From: an uncultured Planctomycetota bacterium
Lineage (GTDB): Bacteria > Planctomycetota > Planctomycetia > Pirellulales > Lacipirellulaceae
Length of the DNA: 64,000 nt
Reading direction: 5' to 3'
NCBI GenBank assembly: GCA_963719315.1
Contig: CAVRBU010000001.1
Location: forward strand, 96,001-160,000
The notes beneath the pieces were generated by a model, which did not search any database, had not been told where the DNA came from, and saw nothing but the letters and a program-made list of their open reading frames with translations. Positions 50,826 through 63,503 of this stretch are shown here, piece after piece. Within the stretch, counting starts at the first letter, position 1. Each line of letters opens with the position of its first letter. The position numbers and the translations under genes were made by a program.

Positions 50826-52923
50826 CTACTTCGCGCCGCTCAGCCGCCCGCTTAGAAATCGCTGCACGTCCGGCGTCGCCCGCACGATCAACCGGCCGCT
50901 CGGCTCGTCGATCGCCATGCGAATATCGCCCGGTTCGCCATGCTTGCTGGCTCGCGCGTCGATTTCTTTCTGCAGGGCGCTGAGGAATGTATCCCCGGCC
51001 CCCAACGATTCGAGCAGTTTTTGTGGAATCGCGTAGAACTCGACGCGTTCAAGGTGCTTCAGCGCGTCGAGGCTGGTGATTTGAATGGTCTGGCCATCGG
51101 CCACCCACCACGCGAGGCCCAGCGGTTCGAGTACGCCGTCGAGCGCTTCGGTCCACGGACGGTCGATGGTTGAACACGCCAGCGGCGAGGTGGGGCTGAG
51201 CTCCGCTTCGCCGAGGGCCGACCAGTCGACAAGGATCGTCAGGCCGGCGAGATCCTGCCATTGTTGCACGACGTCGGACAACCGTGTCCAGGCCAGGAAA
51301 GTGAACGTCGTTCGTCGGGCCAGCTTCGCCCGAAGTTGCTCGTAGGGCGATTCGACGCTGAGCATGGCCGCGGGGTACTTGCTGCGAAGCCGCAGACTAC
51401 GGGCGAGTCGCAGGCGTTCGCAGAAGATAAGCGCTTCGCGACGGACGAGGAGCGAACTATCGATGTGAAGCGTTGTCCCATCGACTTCGATCGTGCCTTT
51501 GCCGCCACTCGCTTGCCAGGAAGCGGGCGCGACGAAGCGTTCAATCAACTTCGCGATGGGAGCCGCATCGCTGCCTTGGACGAGGTCGTTGACGGCGAAA
51601 TCGACCTCCCGTCGCTCGTCGGCATTGGGTACCGCGATGGTCGCCTGGCCGTCCTGCTCGACCAGCTCGAACCGCTGAGCGGTCAAAGCATCGCGCAGAA
51701 TCTTGTCGAGCGTAGTGTCGGCGGCGTCGACCGTCACGGCTGCCCGCGGCGAGATTCCGTTGAGCTCCAATTGAACTGGATCGAGCGTGATCGGCACGCC
51801 CGCCATTTCGGAAACTGTGTTGATAAACCGGGCGAGCGGCATTTCGGCGATCTGCAGCGATTGCACGCGGGCTGCCAGATGGGCTGCCGTGTCCAGCGTC
51901 GTGGCCGAATCGTTCGCTGCCGACCCGCGGCGGACGTTGATCGCGCGATGCTCCGCGGGCGGCGGCAACAAATCGGCAGCCGCCGGCGGTTGGTCATCTT
52001 CGATTGCTTTGGCCGCCGGGCCCGCGTCGCTTGGCGGTTCAGCCGGAATCGAACTTGTCGCTGAAACGGGCGGCGCGTGGATGGCGACCGCCGACGGATT
52101 CGACGACAAGCTCACGTGCTCGGGATCGAAATCGAGCGGATCGAACTTGAGCACGTGACCGGCCGCAGCCGCGGTAGCAGTAGCGAGGCGTCAGAGCAGG
52201 TTGACCGGCCGGTTTTGGTTCGGCGGGCGTCGGAGGCAACTCCGGCGCTGGCGTGGTCGAGGTTTGAGTAGTTTTCGGTTCGTCGGTTGGTGGTATCGCT
52301 GCGTTGGCGACCGTGGGCGGTTCAATCGGCTTTGTGACGGTCGTTGTTACGGGAGCTTCTTTCGAGTGATCGACCGAGTATGGATCGGGTTTGCTGTCCG
52401 TTGGTTGCTCGGCGGCTGAAGCCGCTGGCGTGGCGTCTGGTTTGGTCAGCGTGTCGGTCGGTGTCGCAACAGCAACGGCCGGAGCCGGCGCGGCGACTTG
52501 CTTAGCGCCGCTCGGCCACAGCACGTACGTCAGCCCCGTCGCTGCAAAAAGTACAGCGCCGCCCACCGCCCACCAGAACACCGGGGATATCCCAGAATCG
52601 GGTGCCGCAGGAGTTGGCGTCCGTGGGACATTGAATTCGGGGAATGCCGCATCGTTGGAAACTGGCGCAATCGGCACATCAATTGCGAAATCGGTCGGAA
52701 TAATCGTGCTCGCCGACGTAGAGAGCGTAAGCGCCGGTTCCATCGCTACGCCTGTCACTTTTGCGGCCACAGCAGGAGTCGCGCTTGCCACCCAGCCGGC
52801 TGGCGGCGTGATTTGCACCATGCTGCCGCATTTGGGGCAGGCATGAATCTCGCCGATCGCCGCGGCACTGCGGATCTTTAGCCGCGAGTGGCACGTTTCG
52901 CAGATGACGCGGAATGGTTCCAC
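50826..52923 (-). CDS. Hypothetical membrane protein (N-terminal zinc ribbon, TM, Pro-rich linker, STN-like repeats); frameshift near 52170
   Basis: CETC..CPKC motif; two overlapping same-strand ORFs 52039-52923 and 50826-52154. Confidence 0.7.
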
Positions 52924-53105
52924 GATTGAACGACGAAAGGTTAAGGGCAGCGGAGGAGCATTACGATCAAGGTAGCTGAATTCGCAATAATTCAGAATGG
53001 TCGTCTGGATTCAGCTACGTCTTGGGAATTCAGCTACGTGGGATTCTCAGCACGGTGCCCGGTTTATTGCTTTCTCTATCATACCATGCTCGATTACTGC
53101 GATTT

Positions 53106-54803
53106 CTATCGCTTTTCCGTGCGAAAGGCCGCCGGCAGTTCGTCGTGCCTCTCGGCCGCCTTGGCTCGCGTGGTCACAACGATTTGTTCGGTTTTGTCGG
53201 CCTTTGCTTCGATGATGTACACCAGATTCTGCCGCGCGTCGTTCGGGCCGGGCGAAGTTTTGTCCGGGTTTGCCAGTCGCAGGATTTCGACCAGGATTTG
53301 TTCGGCCGGTTTGTTCGACACGTCGATTCCAAACGATTGGTTCTTGGTGATGCCGTCGGCTTGCAAGTCGGGACCGCGGATGATGATCGGGGCGCCAATG
53401 TCTTGCGCGAGTTGTTCGAGGGCGGATTCCAATGTGTCGCGGGCGAATTTGAGCGACGTGACTTTGGCGAGGCGATCCTTGATCATTGCAGGTGTGGCGG
53501 GCGGGGCGGACCCGGATGTTGAAGTGGCCGCGCCGGGGGAGTTCGTGGCACCCGGCGTTTCGGCGAGCATGAGTTCGGCCGCCAATAGTAAGTTGTGGCC
53601 GGCGACGACGGGGAGATAGCATCGCAGGACGGCATGGTCGGATTCAAAACTATGCCGCGTGTAGATTGCGAGTTTCCGCAGCATTTCGGGAAACCGGGCA
53701 ATTACGAGGCGGCCGTAAGACTGAGCGTCGAGATTGACGACATACTCCTCCAGTTTATCGGGGATTTGGGCAACGCGGTCGGAGAAGATTCGGGCAGCCT
53801 TTTCCGGCGAGGTTTCCAGCGTGGGCGTTACGATCAATTCGAGGAAATAATTGGCGTCCCAATTCATGCTCAGCGCAGCGCCGCTGAGCTCGTCGCCGAG
53901 GAACCAGAACAGCGGTGCGCGGAGCCGCGTCATTTCACCGCTGAAAATGCTCTGCCCTTCACCGAAGAGTGAGTTGGGGGCGAGGACGATCGTCAGTTGG
54001 CGGTCGGCATCAGTGTGGGCAATGAGCCGCTCGATATCGCGCCGCAGCGGCGGTGTCTGGCCGGCGAGGTCGATCACATCATGGATTGCGTCCTCAGGCG
54101 CAATGACTAGTACCCTGTTCGCGGCGCCGCCGGGCAAAAAGTACGCGCGATTGTTGGCGAGCCAATACTTTTTGCCGCCGTGCTCTTTCTCGGTCGCGCC
54201 CGGCAACTTCGCGAGCAGTGACTCATTGGTGATGGGCTGTACCGCGTGGACGACAAACGTCGCCAGCCAGTTGCCATCACCCGTGGCTTGGCAGCCAGCG
54301 ACGAGTCGTTCCATTTCGGCGAGTGGGACGGTAGTCGTATGCTCTACAAGTTCAATCGCGTGTTGGCCGGCTGGCCCGAGCGCCGCGAGGACCTTTTCTC
54401 CTTCGGCGTGCTTGCGGAACTCAGCAGGCCGCAGGGCGAGAACTACCTGCGCCCCTGGTGACAAATATGCGAGGTCGAGCGGCTTGCCATTGGTGGGCGA
54501 GACCCAGAGCGTTTTGTCATCGTCGTCGATGAGGGGCGGTTGCAGGTCGGCCGGCTTGTTCGTGGCTGCGCGATGTGAAGACGTGGCTGCTGAGTCTGTA
54601 TCCGGCCGCTCTTTGGCCGCAGAGATGTCGCGCACATTCGGCGGCGGGGAGGACGGCGACGTGCCGAAAATAACGTCCCGCCCGGCCACAAGGAGAGCAA
54701 TCGCCAAGCAGCCCAACGCGCCTCCGACAATTAACCACTCATTGTGCTTGCGCGATTTCGGTCGCGGCACGGCCGTCGGTTTCGTGACTTGTGGATCGCT
54801 CAT
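53106..54803 (-). CDS. Hypothetical membrane-anchored protein
   Basis: 565-aa ORF with an N-terminal TM segment. Confidence 0.75.
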   Translation of the reverse strand: MSDPQVTKPTAVPRPKSRKHNEWLIVGGALGCLAIALLVAGRDVIFGTSPSSPPPNVRDISAAKERPDTDSAATSSHRAATNKPADLQPPLIDDDDKTLWVSPTNGKPLDLAYLSPGAQVVLALRPAEFRKHAEGEKVLAALGPAGQHAIELVEHTTTVPLAEMERLVAGCQATGDGNWLATFVVHAVQPITNESLLAKLPGATEKEHGGKKYWLANNRAYFLPGGAANRVLVIAPEDAIHDVIDLAGQTPPLRRDIERLIAHTDADRQLTIVLAPNSLFGEGQSIFSGEMTRLRAPLFWFLGDELSGAALSMNWDANYFLELIVTPTLETSPEKAARIFSDRVAQIPDKLEEYVVNLDAQSYGRLVIARFPEMLRKLAIYTRHSFESDHAVLRCYLPVVAGHNLLLAAELMLAETPGATNSPGAATSTSGSAPPATPAMIKDRLAKVTSLKFARDTLESALEQLAQDIGAPIIIRGPDLQADGITKNQSFGIDVSNKPAEQILVEILRLANPDKTSPGPNDARQNLVYIIEAKADKTEQIVVTTRAKAAERHDELPAAFRTEKR

Positions 54804-54994
54804 TGTGCTCTATTGTGGAAGGGCGAATGGTCCTCTTGTCAGTCTACGGAACTCGAATCGGCCCGACCAGCGGCGCACTCGGCTTGATTGGCTAGTTGTT
54901 GCCGCCTATTATCCGCGGCATAGTAGAAGTTTGAAGAGCATGACACAAGCACCGGACTAGGGTCTACGGACCACCGACGACGGACATCTTCAAT

Positions 54995-56230
54995 ATGCGT
55001 TCATTCGAAGCGACCAAACGATATTTTGACCGCGCTGCGGACCAGTTGGAACTGGCCGACAGCATGCGCAAATACCTGATTATGCCTCGGCGGGAGCTGC
55101 AGGTGCAGATTCCCGTCGAAATGGATAACGGCACGCTGCAGTCGCTTGTCGGTTACCGCGTGCAGCACAACAGCGACCGTGGGCCGATGAAGGGCGGCCT
55201 GCGCTACCACCCTGAAGTCGATCTCGATGAGATTCGCAGCCTGGCATCGCTTATGACGTGGAAGACGGCTGTCGTGAACATTCCATATGGTGGCGCGAAG
55301 GGTGGCATCGCGATTGACGTATCCAAAATCAGCCCGCGCGAACTTGAGCGAATCACGCGAAAGTTTATTGATGAGATTCACGAAATGATCGGGCCGGATT
55401 CAGATATACCGGCGCCCGATATGGGCACCGATCATCGCGTAATGGCCTGGATCATGGATCAATACGACAAGTATCACGGTTTTAACCCAGGCGTCGTGAC
55501 GGGCAAGCCCGTGGAGTATTACGGCATTCCGGGCCGCGAGGAGGCGACCGGCCGCGGCGTGGGGTTGCTGACGCTGAAATTGTTGGGGCGGCTGGGGCGG
55601 AAGACGGCAGGGGCGCGAATTGCCATTCAAGGATTTGGAAACGTCGGTTCACACACTGCTAAGCTCCTGTCTGAAGCGGAATGCATAATAGTTGCCGTCG
55701 CCGATTCAACGGGCGGCTATTATCGCGCGGAGGGAATCGATGTCCCCAAGGCGTTGCACTATTCCATCGAACATCAACGACTGTTGCGGGATTTTCCGGG
55801 AGCCGATCGAATTACCAACGAGCAAGTTCTTGAAGCCGATGTCGATGTGCTGATTCCGGCGGCCCTCGGCGGCGTGGTTACGGCGGCGAACGCGGGGTGC
55901 GTGAAGGCGCCGATCATCGTCGAAGCGGCAAACTCACCGGTTGATCCCGATGCCGACGAAATCCTGGATAAGAATGGCGTCGTAGTGCTGCCCGATATCC
56001 TGGCCAACGCCGGGGGCGTAACGGTAAGCTACTTTGAATGGGTTCAAAACCGGCAGTATTACCATTGGAGCCTGGATCGCGTGCGGCAGGAGCTCGACAA
56101 GACGCTGAACGCGGCGTTCGAACAGACCTGGGATTTAGCCCGCGAGCGGAAAGTGTCGCTCCGCACGGCGGCGTTCATGCTCGGCATCGATCGTGTAGCT
56201 CGAGCGGCGACGTTGGGGGGGATTAGTTGA
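54995..56230 (+). CDS. gdhA: Glutamate dehydrogenase (Glu/Leu/Phe/Val family)
   Basis: GPMKGGLRY, GGAKGG, PAPDMGT, GFGNVG, NAGGVTVSYFEW. Confidence 0.93.
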   Translation: MRSFEATKRYFDRAADQLELADSMRKYLIMPRRELQVQIPVEMDNGTLQSLVGYRVQHNSDRGPMKGGLRYHPEVDLDEIRSLASLMTWKTAVVNIPYGGAKGGIAIDVSKISPRELERITRKFIDEIHEMIGPDSDIPAPDMGTDHRVMAWIMDQYDKYHGFNPGVVTGKPVEYYGIPGREEATGRGVGLLTLKLLGRLGRKTAGARIAIQGFGNVGSHTAKLLSEAECIIVAVADSTGGYYRAEGIDVPKALHYSIEHQRLLRDFPGADRITNEQVLEADVDVLIPAALGGVVTAANAGCVKAPIIVEAANSPVDPDADEILDKNGVVVLPDILANAGGVTVSYFEWVQNRQYYHWSLDRVRQELDKTLNAAFEQTWDLARERKVSLRTAAFMLGIDRVARAATLGGIS

Positions 56231-56263
56231 ACCCGACACGCTACGTCGATTGCGCGGCGACAC

Positions 56264-57640
56264 TTATGAACCGTAGAGATACCATGGACCGAGCCAGAAC
56301 GTGAAGCTGTAGATACTGAAGGTCGGAATGGCGACTATTGCGACTATCGCGATTGCAGCCCAGTTCCACATGTATCGCCCGCGATCAAGATCGCTCAGTT
56401 CCCAATTGATTTCTTGTTTGCCGCGCCGCCAGCGGATCCAACCGAGTTGAGTGCAAAGTATGAGCATTGTCAGCATCAAGTAGGATGTCGAGCCGGCAAC
56501 AAGAAGAGCCATGATGTCGAGGAGGCTGGGAGATCCTCGAGGTGCGTACCCGCGAAATCTCTCAATAGATTGCGCAACGGCCGAACCAACGAGCAGCAAC
56601 AAACACAGGGACGATTCGTAAGGAAATAATAGGCCCGCTATGCTGTTATCCGCCGGCAGACGAATGGTTTGCGTTGCTCTTCGCGGCGCCCATTTGTAGG
56701 CGATCGCGCTGATTACAATTGCAGCAACGATTCCGCCGCCGAGCCAATCGAGCCAGTTGCTGGCAAGCCCGACGGAAGCGAAGTCGGGCGACAATAGTGG
56801 ATACACGGCTCTGTAATACCAAATGCAGAACGACGCGGCTCCTGTTAGTAAAGCAACGCAACCGGCAACGACGGCAATTGAAGACTTTGTGGTAAGCGCC
56901 GCTGCGCGTGTCCACGCTAGGCCGATGGCTGCCAGGACGACCGCGATTGTGGCGCAAGCGCAAGCCAGAACAAGCGAAAGCCTTGCAGTTGTTGATTTGG
57001 AAAGGTTCCCTCGCGATGAAATTTCGCAGGGTGGTAGTGCTCGATTCCCGCCGTCGCGATGTGTACCAAATAAACTATCAACCCGCGGTCGGGCAAAATG
57101 ATCAACACGAGTGCCAGGCTGATGATCGATGCAACAATGAACTTCCAAGGGCCCATATTAGCGGGCTGGTTCGTTTTTCCGATCCAGCGATTAATGCTCA
57201 CCGATAAAACAACAATGATGCAAATCTGTAGCACTGTTTCGGGCAATACTTCATCGGGGTAAAAATCTGGGTGCTCCGATATGTTCAGAAATTGCCGCGA
57301 GATCAAAATTCGTACGACCAGGCAAATGGTGATGAGAATCGCCAGAATCAAGCGCCAGCCAATCGCGAAGGATCGGGCGAAGGAGAAGTTATCGCTGTTC
57401 GCGCCGACTTCCGGTTTCCAGAGCGCGTAGCGTCCATGCTTGTCGTGCGAGTCCGACGACCATAACCATCGTCGCTGTCGACAGCAGTCCGTAATAAATA
57501 TTCAGTTGAGGAACATGATATCCCAGCGAAGAAAGAAACTTGTTTTCCGTGCGTGGAGCGTTTGCGCAGGTGAGCCCCACCGCGGCGCAGACGAAAATCA
57601 GAAAAAAAGTTCGCAGCCGGATTTGTGGTAGCAGTTTCAT
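56264..57640 (-). CDS. Hypothetical multi-pass membrane protein split over three frames
   Basis: MKLLPQIRLRTFFLIF start at 57640; hydrophobic segments continue in ORFs 56917-57351 and 56264-57148. Confidence 0.55.
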
Positions 57641-57705
57641 TGTCGGTCGATCGACAAGATGAGACGCGCGCGGGCGAGGTGGAGGCACGGGACGGGCGAC
57701 TGCTA

Positions 57706-58761
57706 TTAATTTGCAACCGACTGCACTTCGGCCGTCGTTTCGTGCAGCACGGATGCGGCATGTTGGACTTGTTCGCGGGAGACATCGAGGTGCGTCACTG
57801 CGCGAATGCGCTGTGGGGCGGTGGCGTTCATCCACACGCCTTCGTCGCGGAGTCGGGCGCAAAAAGCGGCGGCGGTGCCTAGCTCGGGATCGACTTCGAA
57901 GATCACGATGTTGGTGTCGATACTTTCCGGGTCGAGTCGCAATCCCGGCGTGGCGCGGACGGCTTCGGCCAGAATGCGGGCGTTGGCGTGGTCATCCGCC
58001 AGGCGGTCGATGTGGTGCTCCAGCGCGTAGAGCGCGCCGGCGGCGATAATGCCGGCTTGGCGCATGCCGCCGCCGAGTGCTTTGCGATGTCGCCGCGCCT
58101 GGCGGATCAGGTCGGCCGGGCCGCACAGCGCGGAGCCGACGGGCGCGCCCAGGCCTTTTGAAAAGCAAACGCTAACGGTATCGAAGTGACTGGCCCAATC
58201 GGCGGCTGAAATGCCCGTGGCGACGACGGCATTGAATAGCCGGGCGCCGTCGAGATGGCGAGCCAAGGCGCTCTCTGCGGCCCAACCGCAGATTTCGGCA
58301 ACCGTGTCGTACGGTTGGATGCGTCCCGCGCCGCGGTTGTGCGTGTTCTCCAGGCACACAAGACGCGTGCGGACGCAATGGTCATTCGCCGGGCGGATAC
58401 GGTTCATAAGCTTTTCGACTTGCAGCACGCCGTGGTCGCCCTCAACCGGCTGTGCCGCGAGGCCGAACAACTGAGCGTACGCGGCCTGTTCGTAGCACAG
58501 GATGTGGCAGTTTGTTTCGCAGAGGAACTCATCGCCGGGCTGGCAGTGAACACGCAGGCCGAGCTGATTGCTCATCGTGCCTGATGGAACGTAGAGCGCC
58601 GCTTCCTTGCCGAGTAATCCGGCGACACGCTCTTCAAGCCGCAGAACGGTCGGATCGTCGCCAAACACGTCGTCCCCCACTTCGGCAGCAGCCATGGCGG
58701 CGCGCATCGCGGGCGTCGGACGGGTCACTGTATCGCTGCGAAGGTCGATCGGCAGGTGCAT
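57706..58761 (-). CDS. ltaE: Low-specificity L-threonine aldolase
   Basis: [45 protein letters not shown]. Confidence 0.95.
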   Translation of the reverse strand: MHLPIDLRSDTVTRPTPAMRAAMAAAEVGDDVFGDDPTVLRLEERVAGLLGKEAALYVPSGTMSNQLGLRVHCQPGDEFLCETNCHILCYEQAAYAQLFGLAAQPVEGDHGVLQVEKLMNRIRPANDHCVRTRLVCLENTHNRGAGRIQPYDTVAEICGWAAESALARHLDGARLFNAVVATGISAADWASHFDTVSVCFSKGLGAPVGSALCGPADLIRQARRHRKALGGGMRQAGIIAAGALYALEHHIDRLADDHANARILAEAVRATPGLRLDPESIDTNIVIFEVDPELGTAAAFCARLRDEGVWMNATAPQRIRAVTHLDVSREQVQHAASVLHETTAEVQSVAN

Positions 58762-58926
58762 TTCGGGTTTTCTTTTCAAGTGTTCCTGGCGAGAATGGAT
58801 GACTCCGAAGCATTATGGCCGGTTGCTTCAAACGGCGGAAGATGGCATCTGCTGTGGGCGAGTTTCTCCGAAACTCGCTTTCGCGTCTCAGAGAGACACG
58901 GCCACGCGAGCGTTCTAATATCGCAT

Positions 58927-60303
58927 ATGGCACTCAAGATTCAACAGATTGATACGCGAAAGCCGGGCTCTGGGGCGGCGATTGCGGCGTTGCGCGCGAA
59001 GCTGGCGCCCAACGGCGATGTGGTCAGTGAGGCCGGGCGGCGGAAAACGATCGAGCTATTTGGTGCGCCGCTTTCGCCGACGGAGGTCGTCGAGCGGATT
59101 TGTGCCGATGTGCGGGCAAATGGGCTCGAAGCTGTCTTGCGATATACGGCGCAGTTGGACGGTGCGCATCTGTCGGCCGCGACGCTAAAAGTGCCGGTGG
59201 AGGATTTGGCGGCGGCGCACGCTCGATCGACGCCGGAATACTTAGAGACGATCCGCCGCATTCGCGATAGCATATTGCGATTTCAAACGGCGATTTTGCA
59301 CGGTGATGTCGAAGTCGCGGGGCCGCACGGCAGCAAGTTGCGGCAGCGGTATGTACCGCTGGAACGGGTGGGGATTTGCGTGCCGGGTGGCGCGGCGGCA
59401 TATCCATCGACGGTATTGATGACGGTGGTGCCCGCGCAGGCGGCCGGCGTGAAGCAAATTGCTATTGTATCGCCGCCGACGCCGAATGGCGCATATAACC
59501 AGGATGTGCTCGCAACGTGTCACGAGCTTGGCATCAGCGAAGTCTATCGGATGGGCGGTGCGCAGGCCGTCGCCGCGCTGGCGTACGGCATGAAGGGATT
59601 GGCCGGTGGCCCACTTTTCAGAGTCGATAAGATCGTCGGGCCGGGAAACCAATTCGTTGCACTCGCCAAGAAATTAGTTTTCGGCGAGGTGGATATTGAT
59701 TCCATCGCGGGACCAAGTGAGGTCGTCGTCATCGCGGACGAGACCACGCGGCCAACCATTGCAGCGGCTGATCTCATCGCCCAGGCCGAACATGCGCCGG
59801 GATCGAGTGTCTTGATTACATGGAGCGAGCCGACGCTGCACGCGGTCGCGGCTGAACTGGATCAGCAATCGGCCGCGGTTACGCGGGCCGACTTAGCGCG
59901 GCAATCGCTGGAAGCGTTTGGGGCGCTGATCTTGGTCAGCGATCGCGCTGAGGCCGCTAACTTGGCGAATACGTTGGCGACGGAGCATCTGCACATCGCC
60001 TGCGCGGAGCCTGAAGAAATGCTGGGCAAAATTCGTAACGCGGGTGCAGTGTTCGTGGGGCCATTTAGTCCGGTCGCGCTCGGCGATTATGTGGCGGGGC
60101 CGTCGCACGTGTTGCCCACTGGAGCAACGGCGCGGTTTGCGAGCGGGCTGTCGTCGAATGATTTTCTGCGGTCAAATAGCGTGATTCAATTTACGCAAGA
60201 AGGGCTGGAAACTGTAGCAGACGATGCAATTCGGATGGCGGAGCGCGAAGGGCTGACGGCGCATGGGGCGAGCGTGGCAATGCGACGCAGCCGAGAGATA
60301 TGA
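58927..60303 (+). CDS. hisD: Histidinol dehydrogenase
   Basis: [45 protein letters not shown]. Confidence 0.97.
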   Translation: MALKIQQIDTRKPGSGAAIAALRAKLAPNGDVVSEAGRRKTIELFGAPLSPTEVVERICADVRANGLEAVLRYTAQLDGAHLSAATLKVPVEDLAAAHARSTPEYLETIRRIRDSILRFQTAILHGDVEVAGPHGSKLRQRYVPLERVGICVPGGAAAYPSTVLMTVVPAQAAGVKQIAIVSPPTPNGAYNQDVLATCHELGISEVYRMGGAQAVAALAYGMKGLAGGPLFRVDKIVGPGNQFVALAKKLVFGEVDIDSIAGPSEVVVIADETTRPTIAAADLIAQAEHAPGSSVLITWSEPTLHAVAAELDQQSAAVTRADLARQSLEAFGALILVSDRAEAANLANTLATEHLHIACAEPEEMLGKIRNAGAVFVGPFSPVALGDYVAGPSHVLPTGATARFASGLSSNDFLRSNSVIQFTQEGLETVADDAIRMAEREGLTAHGASVAMRRSREI

Positions 60304-60384
60304 CTTGGCGAAGGGCCGGCGATCCGTAGGATCGCGGCTATTTTGGCGTTTGGAACTTAACCCTGAACCCTGAACCCTTACACA

Positions 60385-61434
60385 ATGCCCTCCGTTCGCC
60401 CCAATGTTGCTGAGATGAAGGGTTACGTCCCCGGCGAGCAGCCGCAGGGGGTTGAGAAATTCATCAAGCTCAACACGAATGAAAACCCGTACCAGTGCTC
60501 GCCGAGAGTGAAAGCGGCGATCGGACGGGTGGTGCAGGCAGGCTTGCAGAAGTATCCCGATCCGCTGGCGACCGCATTTCGGATTCGGGCCGCGGAGTTG
60601 CATGGCATCAATCCGGATTGGATTCTGTGTGGCAACGGCAGCGACGACATTCTCACGATCGTCACGCGGGCGTTTGTCGGCACGAGCGACATGGTCCGCT
60701 TCGCCAGCCCCAGTTATCTGTTGTATCGCACATTGGCCGAGATTCAGGGGGCCGCGTGCGACATCGTGAATTACAACGCCGATTGGACGCTGCCGGATGA
60801 GTTCGCTAAGGCGAACGATTGGGTGCGGCTCGTGTTTCTGGCGAACCCAAACAGCCCGTCGGGCACGATGGTGCCGCCGGAAAAGGTTGCCGCGCTCGCC
60901 GATGCCTTGCCCTGCCCGCTCTTGGTGGATGAGGCATACGTGGATTTCGCGGAGACGAATTGCCTTGCGCTGGTGGCCGAGAATGAAAAGATCATGGTGG
61001 CACGTTCGTTGAGCAAATCGTATGCGCTGGCAGGTCTGCGGTTTGGTTACCTGGTTGCGCAGCCACAAGTGATTCGCGAGCTGTGCAAGGTAAAGGATTC
61101 GTACAACTGCGACGCGCTCTCGATCGCCGGAGCGACGTCCGCGATCGACGACCAGGCGTGGCTCGCGGAAATACGGGCGATGATTCTGGCGACGCGCGGG
61201 CGGTTGACCGAAGCACTGCGAGAAATCGGCTTCCACGTCGTTGATTCGCACGCCAATTTCGTGTGGTGTACGCATGAGAACACGCCGGTCGAGCCGGTAT
61301 ATCGGGAACTTAAGCAAGCGGGCGTACTGGTGCGGTACATGTTGTATCCCGGCTGGGGTGACGGGTTGCGGATTACGGTCGGCACGGACGAGCAGGTGGA
61401 TGCTTGTTTGACGCTCTTGCGGTCGCTGGTTTGA
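60385..61434 (+). CDS. hisC: Histidinol-phosphate aminotransferase
   Basis: KLNTNENPY, GNGSDD, NPNSPSG, DEAY, SLSKSYALAGLRFG. Confidence 0.96.
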   Translation: MPSVRPNVAEMKGYVPGEQPQGVEKFIKLNTNENPYQCSPRVKAAIGRVVQAGLQKYPDPLATAFRIRAAELHGINPDWILCGNGSDDILTIVTRAFVGTSDMVRFASPSYLLYRTLAEIQGAACDIVNYNADWTLPDEFAKANDWVRLVFLANPNSPSGTMVPPEKVAALADALPCPLLVDEAYVDFAETNCLALVAENEKIMVARSLSKSYALAGLRFGYLVAQPQVIRELCKVKDSYNCDALSIAGATSAIDDQAWLAEIRAMILATRGRLTEALREIGFHVVDSHANFVWCTHENTPVEPVYRELKQAGVLVRYMLYPGWGDGLRITVGTDEQVDACLTLLRSLV

Positions 61435-61735
61435 AGCCAGCGCTGCTAGCGATTTGTGACGCACAATCCTCTTCGGACTGGTCGCTTAAGCGACCAGTCC
61501 AGATCGCATAAGGATTGCGGGCACAATCCACCTGTCAATCTACGTATTCTGCGCAAACAAATCGAATCGGGAAACGGGTTGTGGCGCGGCATCTGCGTAA
61601 CAACCGATTCAAACCTTACGGGTCGTACAACCGTTCTGCGCGGCAAGTTCGTTACAGCCGGATTTCGCCGCCACGGCCCGCGCGGCGTGACGCTTCTTAG
61701 CGTCGCGTGGTGCGCACAAATTTGGGGGAGCCGGC

Positions 61736-63409
61736 GTGCACCAGGGCAATCAACCACGAACCAGGGTGATCGGCGCTTTGCTGCTCGCGGCAGTCGTGTG
61801 CCGGATGTCGGTGGCGGCGGAGCCGGTGACGAACGTAACGGCCGGCTCGATTCTGGAACCGGCCGTTTGGCAGGGGCCGGAACTTAGCGTCTCGCCATCT
61901 GCCGGCAATTCGCCGGCTACGAAGGATTCGGCACACTCGGTGATGAACCCTCTTCGGGTGGCGCTGCAGCCGACGCCGCCAGTTCCTCCGCAGAATTATC
62001 ACGTTTCGCCATTTTCACCGGGAATGCAGGGGTTCCAACCGCAAACACATGCTGCGCCCACCAATCCAACTGCCACAGCGCCAACTCAGCCGCTGCTAGA
62101 CGGCAATTCGCCGGTCGAGGAATTGATGCCGCCTGTTGTCGAGGGATGTGACGAAAATGGCGCGCGCCAAGGTGTGCAGCCTTACGGTGGCGGCCACCCG
62201 ACAGATTGGTCGTGGGGTTGCGGCGGCTCGCCGTACCGCACTGGGCCAGGACTGTGTGACAATTGGAAAGTCGGTCCCCGTTGGCACATTACTATCGAGG
62301 GCATCGTAATGTTGCGCGACGAAACCGATTTGACCGCCCTTGTGGCTCAAATGAGGGCAAACAATACGTTCATGAGCAGCGATGGTACGGCTGTCGGCGG
62401 TGGTACGGACATGCCGCCCGAGAGCGAGAATTTTCACTATGGGCCTGGCGGACGCATCACTTTCACCAGCCAAGTTGGGCGCTGTGCTGGTTACGATATT
62501 CAAGCAGTTTACGAAGGCGTCAACGATTGGAATGCGAATGTGGTGTTCCCGAAGGAGGCATTGGAACCTGTCTTCTTCAGCCCCATTCATACAACGACTT
62601 CAACAACCACAACGGCGACCACGGTTGTTGGCGTTGCCCCTAACACGACTACTACGACTACCACGACGACATCCGGAAGCACCACATTCAGCCCAGGCCC
62701 ACTTCCGCTTCAACCTCCAGCTCCATTTCCGGACGGTTTCCAGCAGCGGAGCCTACAATACCGATCGGAATTAAACTCGGGCGAACTCAATTTCCTGACG
62801 AATTACGACCCCGATTGGCGGCCGTTTTTCGGCGTCCGCTTCATCCGGTTCGACGACGAAATCAACGACTTCCTCAATCAAGAACTGCAATCTCCGTTGC
62901 CCTTCGCAGGGGTCTCCACAACGGCTGGCCAGTTTCTCGCGGTGGCGGAAACCGACCGGGTAAATCTGTTCCACGTGCAAAACAATTTAATGGGCTTTCA
63001 AGTAGGCCTCCTTCACGACACTCTGCACGTCAATAGCCGCCTATCTATTGAAGGGTTTGTCAACACGGGCGTGTATTATAACAAAGTCAAATACAGCAAT
63101 GTGATGGTTGTCCAGACGACGCAAGTCGTCGCTGACGACACGAGCACGACCACTACGAGCGAAGCCCGAACGGACAATTCCACCATCGTCAACAATGACG
63201 CTCGGGATCTGTCGGAGATCTCTTACGTGTCCGAAGCGTCACTAACAGGTGTGTGCCGGTTGAATAAGTGCTGGGCGCTACGAGGCGGCTATCAGATTCT
63301 GTGGATCGATAACTTGCACTTGGCGGATGCAGCTTACTTAGGCAATCCCGAGCAGAGCGACAGCCTGTTCTTCCAAGGTTGGCACGCCGGCATTGAATGC
63401 CGGCGGTAG
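61736..63409 (+). CDS. Putative outer-membrane beta-barrel (planctomycete BBP7-like) with Thr-rich insert
   Basis: Signal peptide, NNLMGFQVG, LRGGYQILW, C-terminal FFQGWHAGIECRR. Confidence 0.65.
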   Translation: MHQGNQPRTRVIGALLLAAVVCRMSVAAEPVTNVTAGSILEPAVWQGPELSVSPSAGNSPATKDSAHSVMNPLRVALQPTPPVPPQNYHVSPFSPGMQGFQPQTHAAPTNPTATAPTQPLLDGNSPVEELMPPVVEGCDENGARQGVQPYGGGHPTDWSWGCGGSPYRTGPGLCDNWKVGPRWHITIEGIVMLRDETDLTALVAQMRANNTFMSSDGTAVGGGTDMPPESENFHYGPGGRITFTSQVGRCAGYDIQAVYEGVNDWNANVVFPKEALEPVFFSPIHTTTSTTTTATTVVGVAPNTTTTTTTTTSGSTTFSPGPLPLQPPAPFPDGFQQRSLQYRSELNSGELNFLTNYDPDWRPFFGVRFIRFDDEINDFLNQELQSPLPFAGVSTTAGQFLAVAETDRVNLFHVQNNLMGFQVGLLHDTLHVNSRLSIEGFVNTGVYYNKVKYSNVMVVQTTQVVADDTSTTTTSEARTDNSTIVNNDARDLSEISYVSEASLTGVCRLNKCWALRGGYQILWIDNLHLADAAYLGNPEQSDSLFFQGWHAGIECRR

Positions 63410-63503
63410 AATGAGTTCGGAGTTCGTGTAGAGGTATTTCCGTCGATTGGGCCGTGATTTCTGGGAAATTAACCGCTACACGTCCGTGCGACTCGCACTA
63501 GTG

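Noticed and set aside
53009..53039. ATTCAGCTACGT direct repeat, two copies
   Set aside because: Only two short copies, with no spacers or cas genes; not CRISPR and no function can be supported.
62590..62670. ACN-rich tandem-like tract
   Set aside because: Simply encodes a Thr-rich low-complexity stretch.
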